The position numbers and the translations under genes are program-made. Source: Squalus acanthias (lineage: Eukaryota). Taken from it: DNA of 64,000 nucleotides. The notes beneath the pieces were generated by a model. The model was not told where the DNA came from. It worked only from the letters and a program-made list of their open reading frames with translations, and made no database searches. The stretch lies in assembly GCA_030390025.1 (NCBI GenBank), contig CM059425.1, forward strand, positions 167,402,001 through 167,466,000. The letters run 5' to 3'. This document shows, piece by piece, positions 51,004 through 64,000 of this stretch (the stretch's first letter is position 1; the number at the start of each line of letters is the position of its first letter).

Positions 51004-53375
51004 AGAAATAAGAACATAAGAAACAGGAGCAGGAGTAGGCCAATCGGCCCCTCGAGCCTGCTCCGCCATTCAACAAGATCATGGCTGATCCAATCTTGGC
51101 CTCAACACCACTTTCCCGCTCTCTCCCCATACCCCTTGACTCCCTTGTAGTTCAAATGTCTGCCAATCTCCGCCTTGAATATATTCAATGACTCCGCCTC
51201 CACAGCTCTCTGGGGTAGAGAATTCCAAAGATTCACGACCCTCTGAGAAGAAATTCATCCTCATCTCCGTCTTAAATGGCCGACCCCTTATTCTGAGACT
51301 GTGACCCCTGGTTCTAGACTCCCCAGCCAGGGGAAACATCCTCCCTGCATCTACCCTGTCAAGCCCTGTAAGAGTTTTGTATGTTTCAATTAGATCACCT
51401 CTCATTCTTATAAACTCTAGGGAATTAGGCCTCATCTAATCAATCTCTCTTCATAGGACAATCCCAGGAACCAGTCTGGTGAATCTTCATTGCACTCCCT
51501 CTATGGCAAGTACAGTATATCCTTCCTTAGGTAAGGAGAGCAAAACTGTACACAATACTCCAGGTGTGGTCTCACCAGGGCCCTATATAATTGCAGTAAG
51601 ACATCTTTACTCTTAGACTCAAATCCTCCTGTAATAAAGGCTAACATACCATTTGCTTTCCTAATTGCTTGCTGTACCTGCATGTTAACTTTCAGTGATT
51701 CATGTACAAGGACACCCAGGTCCCTCTGAACACCAACATTTCCCAATCTCTCACCATTTAAAAAGTACTCTGCTTTTCTATTTTTCCTACCAAAGTGGAT
51801 AACTTCACATTTCTCCACATTATATTCCATTTGCCATGTTCTTGCCCAGTCACGTAGCCTGTCTATATCCCCTTGAAGCCTCCTTGCATCCTCCTCACAA
51901 CTTACATTCCCATCCAGCTTTGTATCATCAGCAAACTTAGATGTATTGGCCCAGAAATTGATCTCGCTCTGTTTCCGCGGGGGTAAGGAGCAGGCGCGAT
52001 CTCTCACTCCGCGTTGGCTTTTTCAGATCCAGCTCGCACGAACTTGATGTTCCAGACATCAGCTGGGCAGTGCTTGCGTATCCCACCGGCGTAGTGAATT
52101 CGTGCGAGCTGTGGGATCACGTGACTCAGTTAGAGCCAATGGCAGCACACCATCTTCCATTCATAAGTTTCACATATGTGCTGTGAAAGCTATGAATCTT
52201 ACACCCCCCCAAAATAACAGCTAAGCCTCAATTAAATTTAAAAAAACCAACACATTAATAAAATAAGTATAGTTAAATAAATTAACCATTTTAAATAAAA
52301 AATTAAATTTTGGAAAAAATTTAAAATCTTTTAAAAAGTTATAAAAATAAACTTACCTGTCTTTAAAGTCTCTAAAAAAGATATACCTGTTAAAAAAAAT
52401 TCAAAATAATACTTAATTCACTACTTACCTTGTTAAAAGTGGGTCTTACTCCTCCTTTTCTCATTTCTAAAATCTTCCGTCCTTACCTGCGCGTCCAAAG
52501 CACTAAGTGCACAGCATGCGCGCAGCCTGTAGCGCGCACGTGGTGCACCGAGGAACCGCCCCCTTTTCCAAAGACCAAGTGCTGGTTTTCAGCGCATGCG
52601 CAGTGCATGCAGAAAACCGGCAATTGGAGAGAGAATACGCGAGAGTACGCAGTGCGTACTCTCGCGCAGCGGGATCAATTTTTGGCCCATTACATTTGGT
52701 CCCCTCATCCAAATCATTGATGTACATTGTGAATAGCTGAGGCCCAAGCACTGATCCTTGCGGTACCCCACTAGTTACGGCCTGCCAACCCGAAAATGAC
52801 CCGTTTATTCCTACTCTCTGTTTTCTGTCCGTTAACCAATCCTCAATCCATGCTAGTATATTACCCCCAATCCCATGAGCCCTAATTTTGTTTAATAACC
52901 TCTTGTGTGGCACCTTATCGAATGCCTTCTGAAAATCCAAATACACATCCACTGGTTCCCCCATATCTATTCTGCAAGTTACAACCTCAAAAAACTCTAA
53001 CAGATTCGTCAAACATGATTTCCCTTTCATAAATCTGTATTGACTCTGCCCAATCCTATTATTATTTTCTAAGTGCCCTGTTACCATGTCCTTAATAATA
53101 GATTCTAGCATTTTCCTTACTACTGATGTCAGGCTAACTGGTTTGTAGTTCCCTGTTTTCTCTCACCCTCCTTTCTTCAATAGTAGGATTACATTTGCTA
53201 CGTTCCAATTCGCAGGAACCATTCTAGAATCTATGGAATTTTTGAAAATGACAACCAATGCATCCACTATCTCTATAGCCACCTCTTTCAAAACCCTTGG
53301 ATGTAGGCCATCAGGTCCAGGGGATTTATCGGCTTTCAGTCCCATTAATTTCTCCAGTACTATTTTTTTAGATAG
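51004..53375 (-). mobile_element. 5'-truncated CR1 LINE interrupted by a MITE
   Basis: RT motifs; flanking direct repeat atcgatagata (50993-51003 / 53376-53386). Confidence 0.9.
51948..52688. mobile_element. Harbinger-type MITE (741 bp) with AT-rich core
   Basis: TIR ggcccagaaattgatc / gatcaatttttggccc and TSD att; it splits the RT just upstream of SKFADD. Confidence 0.8.
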
Positions 53376-53989
53376 ATCGATAGATAGATATTGGCTCAAG
53401 TTTAACGCTAGATTGCTAACAAAACACCAAGAACATTATCAGTTTTACTACTGAACTTTCAACTAATAGCAGCATTTGGTAAGGAAATGTTGTGGCCTCA
53501 CATCGCAACATCAAATGAACATACCAGACAAAGCATTCTCCAGCTATAGTGGCGCTATCCACTGTACGAGCACAACACAAAAAGTCTCCATTTACACCAA
53601 TGAACATCAAAACTCATTTTACAAAAAGGATGAGGGTGTTCTGATGTTTGTCCTTTGCACTGCTGCTCCTGAAGTCTGATAGTGTTCAAACATCTTCCAT
53701 TATTTATGCTAATAAGTGCCAATTGATTATCTTTGAGTTTCCTCAGCTCTGTTTTTCCCTGGTAGATATGTGACAGCAAGCAACTATAGCTATTCAATGG
53801 AAGGTGTCATTTTTCTCTGAACACAATACTTCAAGTTGGGCTATAATGCTTAATTGTGAAAAAAGAAATTGAGAACACAACCAAACTGGAAACTCCAGAA
53901 ATAGTTCAAAAAGCCAAAGAATCTCTATTACCAACAAAATTAAGATAAACAGTTGTTACAAACTGCCCTGTACTGCAGTGGTTCAGACA

Positions 53990-54634
53990 CTCACCATTAA
54001 CCATAAATTTAACTGGACCAGCCACATAAATACTGTGGCTACAAAAGCAGGTCAGAGGCTAGGTATTCTGTGGTGAGTGTCTCACCTCCTGACTCCACAA
54101 AGCCTTTCCACCATCTACAAGGCACAAGTAAGGAGTGTGATGGAATACTCTCCACTTGCCTGGATGAGTGCAGCTGCAACAACACTCAAGAAGCTCGACA
54201 CTATCCAGGACAAAGCAGCCCGCTTGATTGGCACCCCATCCACCACATTAAACATTCACTCCCTCCACCACCGGCGTACCGTGGCTGCAGTGTGTACTAT
54301 TTACAAGATGCACTGCAGCAACTCGCCAAGGCTTCTTCGACAGCACCTCCCAAACCTGCGACCTCTTCCACCTAGAAGGACAAGGGCAGCAGGCGCATGT
54401 GAACACCATCACCTCCAAATCACACACCATCCTGACTTGGAAATATATCGACGTTCCTTCATTGTCGCTGGGTCAAAATTCTGAAACTCCCTCTCTGACA
54501 GCACTAGGGGAGTACCTTAATCATACGGACTGCAACAGTTCAAGAAGGCAGATCACCACCACCTTCTCAAGGGCAATTAGGGATGGACAATAAATGCTGG
54601 CCTTGCCAGCGACACCCATATCCCATGAATGAAT
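53990..54634 (+). mobile_element. 3' end of a second CR1-group LINE family
   Basis: Translates LSTIYKAQVRSVMEYSPLAW...LDTIQDKAARLI; tail aataaatgctggccttgccagcgacacccatatcccatgaatgaat. Confidence 0.8.
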
Positions 54635-55549
54635 TTTTAAAAACTCCCTGTATGCCACTGGGTCTGTGGGCTTATTTGCAAGCAGTGCCTAACAGCCGAC
54701 AGTGAATAAGATAACAAAAAGAAACTGAAACACTGGTGTTTTTTCAATGTCAAACCAGGTTTCACTACAATGAAAAATGGATAGAACTGGTACCAAAAGC
54801 TACGCAGCCCAATTGACTGGCTTCAAATAATATTGCAGTAACACTACACTATGTATCTCCCGAGAGGTATTTTCGTTAGGTAAGGGTATCAAGGGATATT
54901 GAGTTGAGGTACAGATGAGCCATAATCTAGTTGAATGGCAGAGCAGGCTCAAAAGGCTGAATGGCCTACTTCTGTTCCTATGTTCCTAAATGCATCATTT
55001 GCTGCAGCACTGAGCCAAAGACAATAAGAAGGTCTCAGTTCAATTTTTATTCTGTGCTGAGTTAGTAACATCACAGTCAGTCAACTGGAGGGTAAGAGTA
55101 TGGTGCAATTGCCTTTAGCAATCCTAGGTTACAAGAAATACTGGCCAGGTTTACCAATCCTAATCATTATCCTGCAATCTTCCTGGAAGTGGAAATGAGG
55201 ACTGCATCAGGGTTGATTGCGAATACTTCCACTCTCCATGGCCCCACCTGAGTATGTTAGAGGGCCCCTGCTGTCTGTGGAACCACACCCCGCCATGAGT
55301 TACTGTCTTCAGCAGAGGAGAACAAAAAAGAGGAGAAAAATCAGAAAGAAAAAAAATGCTAAGCTACCGTAATTGCACATAAAAAAGTTTGTGCAATCAA
55401 CTGAATTAATTCAGAATTATTTTATGTTCAAAAAGAATTTTAATGATCAGATAGTTCAAATTAAGCACTTTTTATGAGATAGCACAGCTAAACACAAAAG
55501 ATACGCTATAGGAAAGTTAAAAAGCATAACAAAACATCAAAGAAATGAT

Positions 55550-56890
55550 TGAAATGTGTATGATCAAAATTTGAGCACCATACAAGCTGTACAAGGTAAA
55601 GTCCAGTCAGTTCACAATATACACTGTGATTGTGGTTTGCTTCCTACCAACAACATACTTATTTAAAAAACTGTCAATTCTATCTAGCTCAGAGAAATGC
55701 AATGGAGCAAATATTCCTCATGCCAGATATAACATCTGTGATTGGAACAGCTGTCTTAGTGTCAGCCACTTCCGCAGTAATTGCACACATTACAAGCTAT
55801 GGCCATGAGGTGGTGGTGGTGGGGTGGGGGGGGGGGGGGTGGCGGGGGAGAGACGGCGGGAGGGAGGGAGACGTAGAACTTGGTTCCTTTATCTCCATCT
55901 GCTACACTTGCTTGGACCTCTTCTTTACTCTCACTCTCACTAGCAGCATTTTCCAGCACAGCATCAACAATTTCTATGTTGATCAGCTATCTAGACACGA
56001 GAACTTCCTTATCAACATGGAAGGTGGATTCAAAACTCATAACTGTTGACAGCTACAACAGACAAAGCATTCAAGGAAGCTCTCAAAGTCAGCCATAGGT
56101 GCCCATGTGGGATCCACAACAGTGTCAGATGAAGCTGCTTCCTCTGTTGGTAGTCTGAATTTGCACTGCTGTTAGCAATGGATTCTGCTCTCAGCTCCTC
56201 TCATGATAAATGGATCAAGTATATTGCCTGTAGACCGACGGACGGATGCCATGTTTGACATTAGAAATATTAGCTCTGTCGCACTTAGACACAGGCACTT
56301 CACATCATCCTCAAAGTTGTTCACTATCAAGGTGATTTTCCGATGACAGCCACTCCTCAAGAAGAACACCAGCCATCCATGATTTTTTGTTGTTTCTATA
56401 AGTTACAACCAGAGTAACAACACCACAAAAAACACTGGGGATACAATCAGCTTTATCTTTTCCCTGGTCATACCAGCGGAAACCGCTGCTTGGCTTTTTT
56501 TCCCACCTAAGTGTTTTTCATTGATGAAAGTTAGCATTTTGCTTTGGTGCAGCTTCTAAAAAGGCCAGTTTCATTAGCATTAAAGATGTCGCCAGGCTTG
56601 TAATGGGAGGAAATTTCAGGAATTTTATTCCGCACCCACTTGTTGACACTTTCTATGAGAAATGCCAGTTGCATTCCCATGTGTACCCAGGACTTGACTG
56701 CATCGTAGTTTTTGAAGCAATGAATGATGATGCAGTCTCGATTTCAAGATCTTCAGCAAATTACTTTGTTTTTCCCAGCAAGACAAGGCCAGATAGACCT
56801 GAAAAGTTAGCTGTTCTGGCCTGCCTGAACCGGCTCAGCATAGCTTTAACAAGTTGGATGGCGCATCCTTGTCCTTCGGCTTTTGGTTAC
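55550..56890 (-). mobile_element. Possible very old RTE-like LINE relic (a similar relic may lie at about 53450-53900)
   Basis: Weak motifs only (VDAVLE..ESKEEVQA, LYSLYGAQ; CFVW..L.CEA at 53.5 kb). Confidence 0.3.
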
Positions 56891-57724
56891 TGGTCCTAAT
56901 ATCTCCTTATGTGGCTTGGTGTCAAATTTTATTTGATAACGCTCCTGTTAAGCACCTTGGGATGTTTTACTACGTTAAAGGCACTATATAAATGCAAGTT
57001 GTTGTTGTTTGTTAACCTGAGGTGCGAACAAATAAGCAAGTAGTTTCCACCGTATTCTGCCAGCACTTCAAGTGTTGAAATCAATAGTGGTGAATTAGGA
57101 GCTAACACAGGGAAAGATTTTTGATCTCAACATCAATCGCAACCCTGCAGTGAGAAATTTTTGTTTTGCTGTTTGCATATTGTTGCTGATCCTTTTAAAG
57201 AGCTGTACTCTGTTATTTTTAATATTGTTGTGTTTGGAGTTTGAATGCATTCTTGAATGCACGTTCGATGGTTTACCCCTTTTTTGGTAATCCTTTTTGC
57301 CTTTTCGTTTCGCACTCTTGAATGATATTGCATAAAGTTTTCACAATATAACTTCCTTTTGTTTCTTGGTATCCTTCAAGCTTCATGTGAAACTTGTGAA
57401 ATGAACTGGGGCAAGAATCTTATATTTGCTAAGAATTTATAAGTACGTGTTTAGGAACTATCAGTGTGAAGAACTAAATTAGTAATGTGCTACTTTATCA
57501 CCTAAAGAACATTCTTACAATCTATATTTTTTATTCACTCGAGTTCCATTTTAGTAGACCTGTCATGGTCTTGTTCACGGGTAGTATGTGACCTGGAGTG
57601 TGGTTTCTTACGTTTACTGTTGTCCAACTGCAGACAACACACATCAATGGTTCGTTCTAATGTAACAGCTTTACTGAAGCAATATGTCATGACTGACATG
57701 AAGTAAAGATATTACACATATATT

Positions 57725-58051
57725 GGGTATGGTAGTGTCGTGGTTATGCTACTGGACTAGTAATCCGGAGGCCTGGACTAATAATCCAGAGAATGTGAGA
57801 GTTCAAATCCCACCATTGCAGTTTGGGAATTTGAATTCCGTTAAAAAAATCTGGAGATAAATAGCTGGTATCAGTAAAAGTGACCATGAAGCTGCCGAAT
57901 TCTTGCAAAACCCAACTGATTCACTAATGTCCTTTAGGGAAGGAAAGCTGGCGTCTTTATCTGATCTGGCCTATATGTTACTCTAGTCCCACACCAACGT
58001 GTTTGACTCTTAACTGCCCTCTGAAGTGGCCTAGCAAGACATTCAGTTGTA
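57725..58051 (+). mobile_element. tRNA-derived SINE
   Basis: A-box-like tagtgtcgtgg, B box agttcaaatccc, and a body ending ttgactcttaactgccctctgaagtggcctag. Confidence 0.7.
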
Positions 58052-60150
58052 TGAAATAAAAAAGCCTTACTGATATTGAAAGATACAGGTCTCAGATACA
58101 ATTTACCTCTCACTTTAGAAAACTTGTTTAAACATGTACGTTTGCCTAATCGCCCTCTTAAATCCTATTTTTCTTAGTTACTTATGTTATAAATATTTTA
58201 TGATCTACTTCGTACAGTGGATTTGCTTATTTGTTATTCTTCCCTCCTCCTTTCGCAAAACATTGCTGCTTTTTCCTCCGTTATTTACATGATAAGAAAT
58301 ATATTTTTTGTCCCCTTGATTCCCTGTAATTTTTTTGGAGTGGTGAATCAGAAAAACATTTCCTCCTAAATTTGATAAGAAACTCGGAAATCAGTCTGGA
58401 GATGTGCAAGCATTGTACCCATAATGTCAGGACACACGTTGAAGAACCTGGTTAATGACTACAGCGATGTTATTATGAAAATGGGTGCACTGCATACAAT
58501 TATCACAATACACCGTTCATAGCACATATTGCAAAATCAAACTTTAGGATCGGCTATTTCATATTTGTCAAGCTTTACAAATATTGGTGCTTCACAATAC
58601 TATGGTGGTGCAACTTTAAACTTGCATCTGAGCAGTCGACGTATTATAGCACCCAGTTCATTCATAAGTACTGTAGATGTATCCTTACAAATGAGCAGTT
58701 AAAAAGAAAGCATATTCCACTGAGTTTCCTCATTGTCCCTAAAGGTTGTTAATGGAAGATTTTTGCACACTTACTAGGTTCCCTGTTGTCACATATTACA
58801 GTGTTTTATGTTTTAGAGGCAGTCTGGGAGTGGAAGTTTTGTACAGAAGTCCTCCTCATCAAATATCATGACCTTCCACATAAGTGGAATGACAGCTATG
58901 GGTTGAATGAAGGAAACTTGCTTCTACTCAGCAGTTTTAAAGCATAAAAACATGATAACAAGGGGTCATTAAGAGAAATCAGTAAGCATGTAGGTATTTC
59001 CCTTCATCACATTTGGGGATTTTGGAGGGAATTTAGTCCAATGTACTTCCTCTTTAAACCAAAAGATTATTAAAAAAACTGGTGGATAGACAATATACTT
59101 ATCAGAACCAGTGAGGCCAATATAACCCACTTATGACTTTATTTAAATGAGTAATAGGACAAAATGTTCCAAGACCATTTGCCACTGAGAGGTGACCCCG
59201 CAATCAGTTAAATGCCCCTGCAATTTTCTGATAAACCACCTGTAATGTGTAAGACCCACTGCTGGAGTGGGATCTCTAAAACTTTCCAAAAAGGTCAGCC
59301 TGACATATAATAAACGTGTCCCTCCCATTTGAACCAATCATCCTCTCTATACAGCAGTCTCATTTATGTAATATTCTTTAAGATAGGGATGATATTTATG
59401 ACATATACAGCAGTTTTTAAAAATGTCAGTAAAGATTATTTACAGACCTAAGTACATTACTAGCACGTACGTCTTCATAGAAGCAGAATCTCATCAGACA
59501 AAAATGTATGACAGAGGGGTGAATGGCTATTAACTTTTCAGTAGTAATCTTTTCACTTGCACTGCCTTTGAATGTAGCTGATAAATGAGTTTATGGTCGG
59601 GAAAGATTTCAATTGCAGAAAGTTTAAGTTATGTTATCAATCATAAGCCCTTTGTGCACTACTATTTCACTGAGAATGGATTAATTTTTGCACACTGTTC
59701 AAAATAATGACGGGTTGCAATTAGATTTTCCCTCATTTCACCTATTCTTTATCTCATTTAGTGTTGGGAAGGCTACACACTGAACCTTATAGATTCAAGC
59801 ACTGCAGCTAGAGATGATTGGTTTGAATGGAGGTGATATGTTGTATATTACATAAGTCAAGCAGGTCTTATGGGCAAAATATTGTAAGATCCCATCCCAC
59901 ATTAATCCAAAACAGTTAGATTTTTTACACCTAATTGTTTGGATTAAAGTGAGGGGGGGGAACCTAGAAAATTTTAGACATTTTTATTATCTAATTATTT
60001 GATTTAAAGTTAAACTCATATTAACAGCTGAATGTTTAAGGTTCCTGGTCTGATGTCACACACCCCTGACCAGTATATATTCAACTTGCTGTCTGCTTCA
60101 CGGTCCAAGATTTATAGCCAACCTAAACTGAGCCGTGGAGAGTTACTTAC

Positions 60151-60444
60151 CCTCGGACAGCATGTATGAGTCGCAGGGATGGATAGGCTGTCTGTATGCT
60201 CAGTCTGTTCTTCAGAATCAGCTCATTTACATACTCAACGTGTTTTTCTCCACCTTTAACCATGAACGCGGGGATCCACAGAACACTGTCGTTCAACACT
60301 GCCAGTCTGTCGACAAATTTCTCTCTGTCTGTCTCACTCTGAAGACTTCCAAAAGCTCTTTGCACAACTGATGGATTCATAGTGACAAAATCAGATTTGA
60401 GTCCAACATCATCGGCGTATTCCACAAGGGGCGCAAGATTACAC
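60151..60444 (-). CDS. ST8SIA4: ST8SIA4 penultimate coding exon (294 nt; end of sialylmotif L, start of polysialyltransferase domain)
   Basis: Translates [33 protein letters not shown]...[14 protein letters not shown], matching vertebrate ST8Sia IV. Acceptor ttgtag|G at 60445-60446 and donor GG|gtaagt at 60150-60145. Confidence 0.95.
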
Positions 60445-61202
60445 CTACAACAAACAAAATATTTTGTTTTTGCATAAGATTTTGTTCCCAATTAACAAGT
60501 TTATTAGTATTTAGAAATAAATTACAGACAATGAAAATGATCAAAAATTACTCAAACGACCAATATTCTTCCATATGTGTTCTATCATATTTTATATCTA
60601 TATTAATAATCTATGAAAGTCAAGTCTGCATACACATCATTGCCATTTTCCTGTAATTAGCACCTGGCAATCGGCTATTCTCCAGACGTTAAGTGAAGGA
60701 AATAGGGGCTATGACCCGTGATGCCAAGTGTCTGCCCCCTTGAAGTTGCCCTGGAATTTCCTTGGCATCCCGATGGATGGGGATGAGGCAAACTGCCTGC
60801 ATCTGTAATAAAGCGCAGGCTGAGGCAGTCATTCAAATGAGGCAGATGGATGTATTCCCAGCCCTCCCACCTCATTCTTCTGGTTCCTTTGCCAGACACT
60901 CATTTAGAGGGGTGTCCAAAAGTAGCAATTCTTAATGCCTTGTGCCCAGTCCCTCTCTGATTAGGGAAGAGCAGGTATCAGCTCCGCAGGAGGTCCCTTT
61001 TCTGCTTTTCAGGGAAGTCAGGCCAGGGTGGAGTCTTTTTACAGCAGCCAGAAAATTCTGATCACAGAAAGTCATGATCACAGCAGCTACTGATGCTTTT
61101 ATCACACTTTTCAAGGACCTACTTTTCAAGGACCTAAACAAACACTTAACTGGTATAATTGAAAAAAAATACTTTAATGGGTGAATGGGACTTGGTGCAA
61201 GT

Positions 61203-61831
61203 TAGGTAATGGCCTGCAGAGTTTTGGATGAGCTCAAGTTTATGTCGGGTGGAAGATGGGAAGCTGACCAGGAGAGCATTGGACTGGTCAAGACTAGAGG
61301 TAACAAAGGCATGGATGAGGGTTTCAGCAGCAGATGAGCTGAGGCAGGGGGGCGGAGTCGGACGATGTTATGGAGGTGGAAATTGGCGGTTTTGGTGATA
61401 GAGCCGATATGTGGTCGGAAGCTCATCTCGGGGTCAAAGATGACACCAAGGTTACGAACAGTCTGGTTCAGCCTCAGACAGTTACCAGGGAGAGGGATGG
61501 AGTAGGTGACTATAGAACGGAGTTTGTGACGGGGACCGAAGACAATGGCTTCAGTCTTCCCAATATTTAGTTGGAGGAAATTTCTGCTTATGCAGTACTG
61601 GATGTCGGACAAGCAGTGTGACAAATCAGAGATAGTGGAGGGGTTGAGAGAGATGGTGGTGAGGTGGAGCTGGGTGTCGTCAGTGAACATGTGGAAACTT
61701 GCACTGTGTTTTTGGATGATGTCGCTGAGGGGCAGCATGTAGATGATAAATAGATGGGGCTAAGGATAGATCCTTGGGGGTTCCAGAGGTAACGATGCAG
61801 GAGTGGGAAGAGAAGCCATTGCAGATTCTCT
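61203..61831 (-). mobile_element. L2 LINE RT fragment
   Basis: Translates PQGSILSP, MLPLSDII..FHMFTDDTQL, NFLQLNIGKTE and VRNLGVIFD. Confidence 0.85.
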
Positions 61832-62065
61832 GGTGAAATCAAAATGATAATGGTGCAACAGAAGTCATGGCTTTATCAATGTCTTATGGTACCAGTCATC
61901 CTTTATGCTAGAAAAATTAAATGCAGAAGATTCTCAGTTTTGAAATGTTCTGCTTGTGGAAGTTATGGGTATAAATAGACTGGAGTAACAATGGAATGAG
62001 GACACCAGTCAAAAACTCAGTATGGAAACAACTCTGGTTCACAGAACTGAGGCAAGGTGGCTAGA

Positions 62066-64000
62066 ACGTGGTTGACTCTTAACTGCCCTCTGAAATGGGT
62101 TAGTAAACCACTCAGTTCTATGAAACTGTTACAACGAATAAGAATAAATCCGGACGGACCACTCGGGTGCGATCTAGGCATCGAATTAGGATGCGACAAA
62201 GGCACACCCAACCCAGTCGACCCTGAAAAGTCCTCCTCACGAACATCTGGGGACTGGTACCAAAGTTGAGAGATCTGCTCCACAGACTAGTCAAGCAATA
62301 GGCTGACATAGTCATACACAGAATCATACCTATCAATCCGTCCATGATGGTACTGATATGAGTGACCAAGAAAAAGTCCCGTTTTCATAATGAGCATGCC
62401 CTCCATTGTGTCGTGTGACTAGCACAGTGATAAGTGGGATAGATTGAAAATAGATCTAGCAACTCAAAGCTAGGCTATCAGCAGCAGCAGAATTGTATTC
62501 CACCACAATCTGTAACCTCATGGCTTGGCATATCCCTCACTCCTCCATCATCATCAAGCCAGATGACCAAACCTGGTTCAATGACGAATGTAGAAGCCAT
62601 GCAGGAGCAGCACCAGGCGTACCTGAAAATGTGGTGCTAACCAAGTGAAGCTGCAACACAGGACTACATGCATGCTAAACAGCAAAAGTAGCATGCTATA
62701 GTCAGAACTAATCAATCGCACAATCAAAGGATCAGGTCAAAGCTCTGCAGTTCTGCCACATCCAATTATAAATGGTGGTGGACAATTCAGCAACAAATGA
62801 GGAGGAGGTTCCATGATCATCCCCATCCTCAATGATGGCGGAGCCCAGCACGAGTGCAAAAGATAAGGCTCAAGCATTTGGAACTAGAAATGCCGAGTGG
62901 ATGATCCATCCCCGGCCTCCTCCCAAGATCCCCACCATCACAGATGCCAGTTTTCAGCCAATTTTATTTACTCCAAGTGATAGCAAGAAATGGCTGAGTG
63001 CACTGGACACAGCAAAGGCTATAGGCCCCTACAATATCCCAGCTGTAGTGCTGAAGACGTGTGCCCTGTGCTTCAGAGCTACCTGCGCCTCTAGCCAAGC
63101 TGTTCCAGTACAGCGACAACACTGGCATTTACCCGATAGTGTGGAAAATGTCGCAGGTATATCCTGTCCACAAAAAGCAGGACAAATCCAACCCGGCCAA
63201 TTATCGCCCCATCAGCCTAATCTCAGTGATCAGCAAAGTGATGGAAGGAGTTGTCAACAGTGCTATCAAGCAGCACCTATTCACCAATAACCTCCTCACC
63301 AATTTAGTTTGGGTTTCGCCAGAACCACTTGGCTCCAGACCTCATTACAGCCTTGGTCAAACATAGACACAAGATCTGAATTCCAAAGGTGAGGTGACAG
63401 TGACTGCCCTTGACAACAAGGCAGCCTCGATTGAATGTGCATCAAGGAGCCCTAGTAAAACTAAAGTCAATGGGGAGCGGGGGAAAACTCTCCAGTGGCT
63501 GGTGTCATACCTGGCACAAAGGAAGATGGTTATGGTTGTTGGAGGCCAATCATCACAGCCCCAAGACATCACTGCAAGAGTTCCTCAGGGCAGCGTCCTA
63601 GGCCCAATTATCTTCATCAATAATCTCCCTCAGCATAAGGTCAGAAGTGGGACTGTTCACTGATGATTGCAGTGTTCAGCTTTATTTGCAATTCCTCAGA
63701 AAATGAAGTAGTCTGTGCCCGCATGCAGCAAGGCCTGGACAACATTGTGGCTTGAGCTGACAAGAGTCAAGTAGCATTCATGCCACACAAGTGCCAGGTA
63801 ATGACGATCTTCAACAAGAGAAAGACATTCCATCGCCAAATTCCCCACCATCAACACCATTGATCAGAAACTCAATTGTACCAGTCCCATAAATGCTTGT
63901 GGTTACTACAGCAGATCAGAGACTGGGTATTCTGCGGCAAGTTGCTCACCTCCTAACTCCCCAAAGCTTTTCCACTACTTACAAGGCACACGTCAAGAGT
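62066..64000 (+). mobile_element. Degenerate LINE of the same family as 53990-54634, with internal deletions, running off the window
   Basis: APE start NIWGLVPKL near 62263, then NPANYRPISL and VPQGSVLGP. Its 3' part overlaps in sequence with 53990-54135. Confidence 0.82.

Larger units (their letters stand above)
35594..60150 (-). other. ST8SIA4: ST8SIA4 last intron (24,557 nt, GT-AG, phase 2)
   Basis: Canonical donor and acceptor, with compatible phase between the two exons. Confidence 0.9.

Noticed and set aside
35594..64000. Antisense orientation bias of intronic LINEs
   Set aside because: Both orientations are present and the counts are too small.

Overview
Vertebrate genomic DNA, most likely from a shark or ray (inferred from an HE1-type V-SINE, HER1/CR1-type LINEs and Deu-domain SINEs). 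The only host gene I can support is ST8SIA4 (polysialyltransferase) on the minus strand: its last two coding exons (60444-60151 and 35593-35317) are joined in frame across a 24.6-kb intron. Most of the rest is transposable elements. These include many CR1 LINEs (one nearly full length), L2 and probable RTE relics, four solo LTRs from three families (each with a 4-bp TSD), a Penelope-like element (RT-thumb plus GIY-YIG), a degenerate full-length PIF/Harbinger transposon, several Harbinger-type MITEs with 3-bp TSDs, and a small hAT MITE. The most interesting signals are three. (1) Two minimal hammerhead-ribozyme motifs lie in Penelope-like termini, and one short TSD-flanked insertion begins at the predicted ribozyme cleavage site. 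(2) A Harbinger MITE appears to consist of the two convergent promoters of the parent element, fused just after both start codons. (3) Different solo-LTR families share their termini, and two of them sit back to back. No database searches were run; family names come from recognising motifs.
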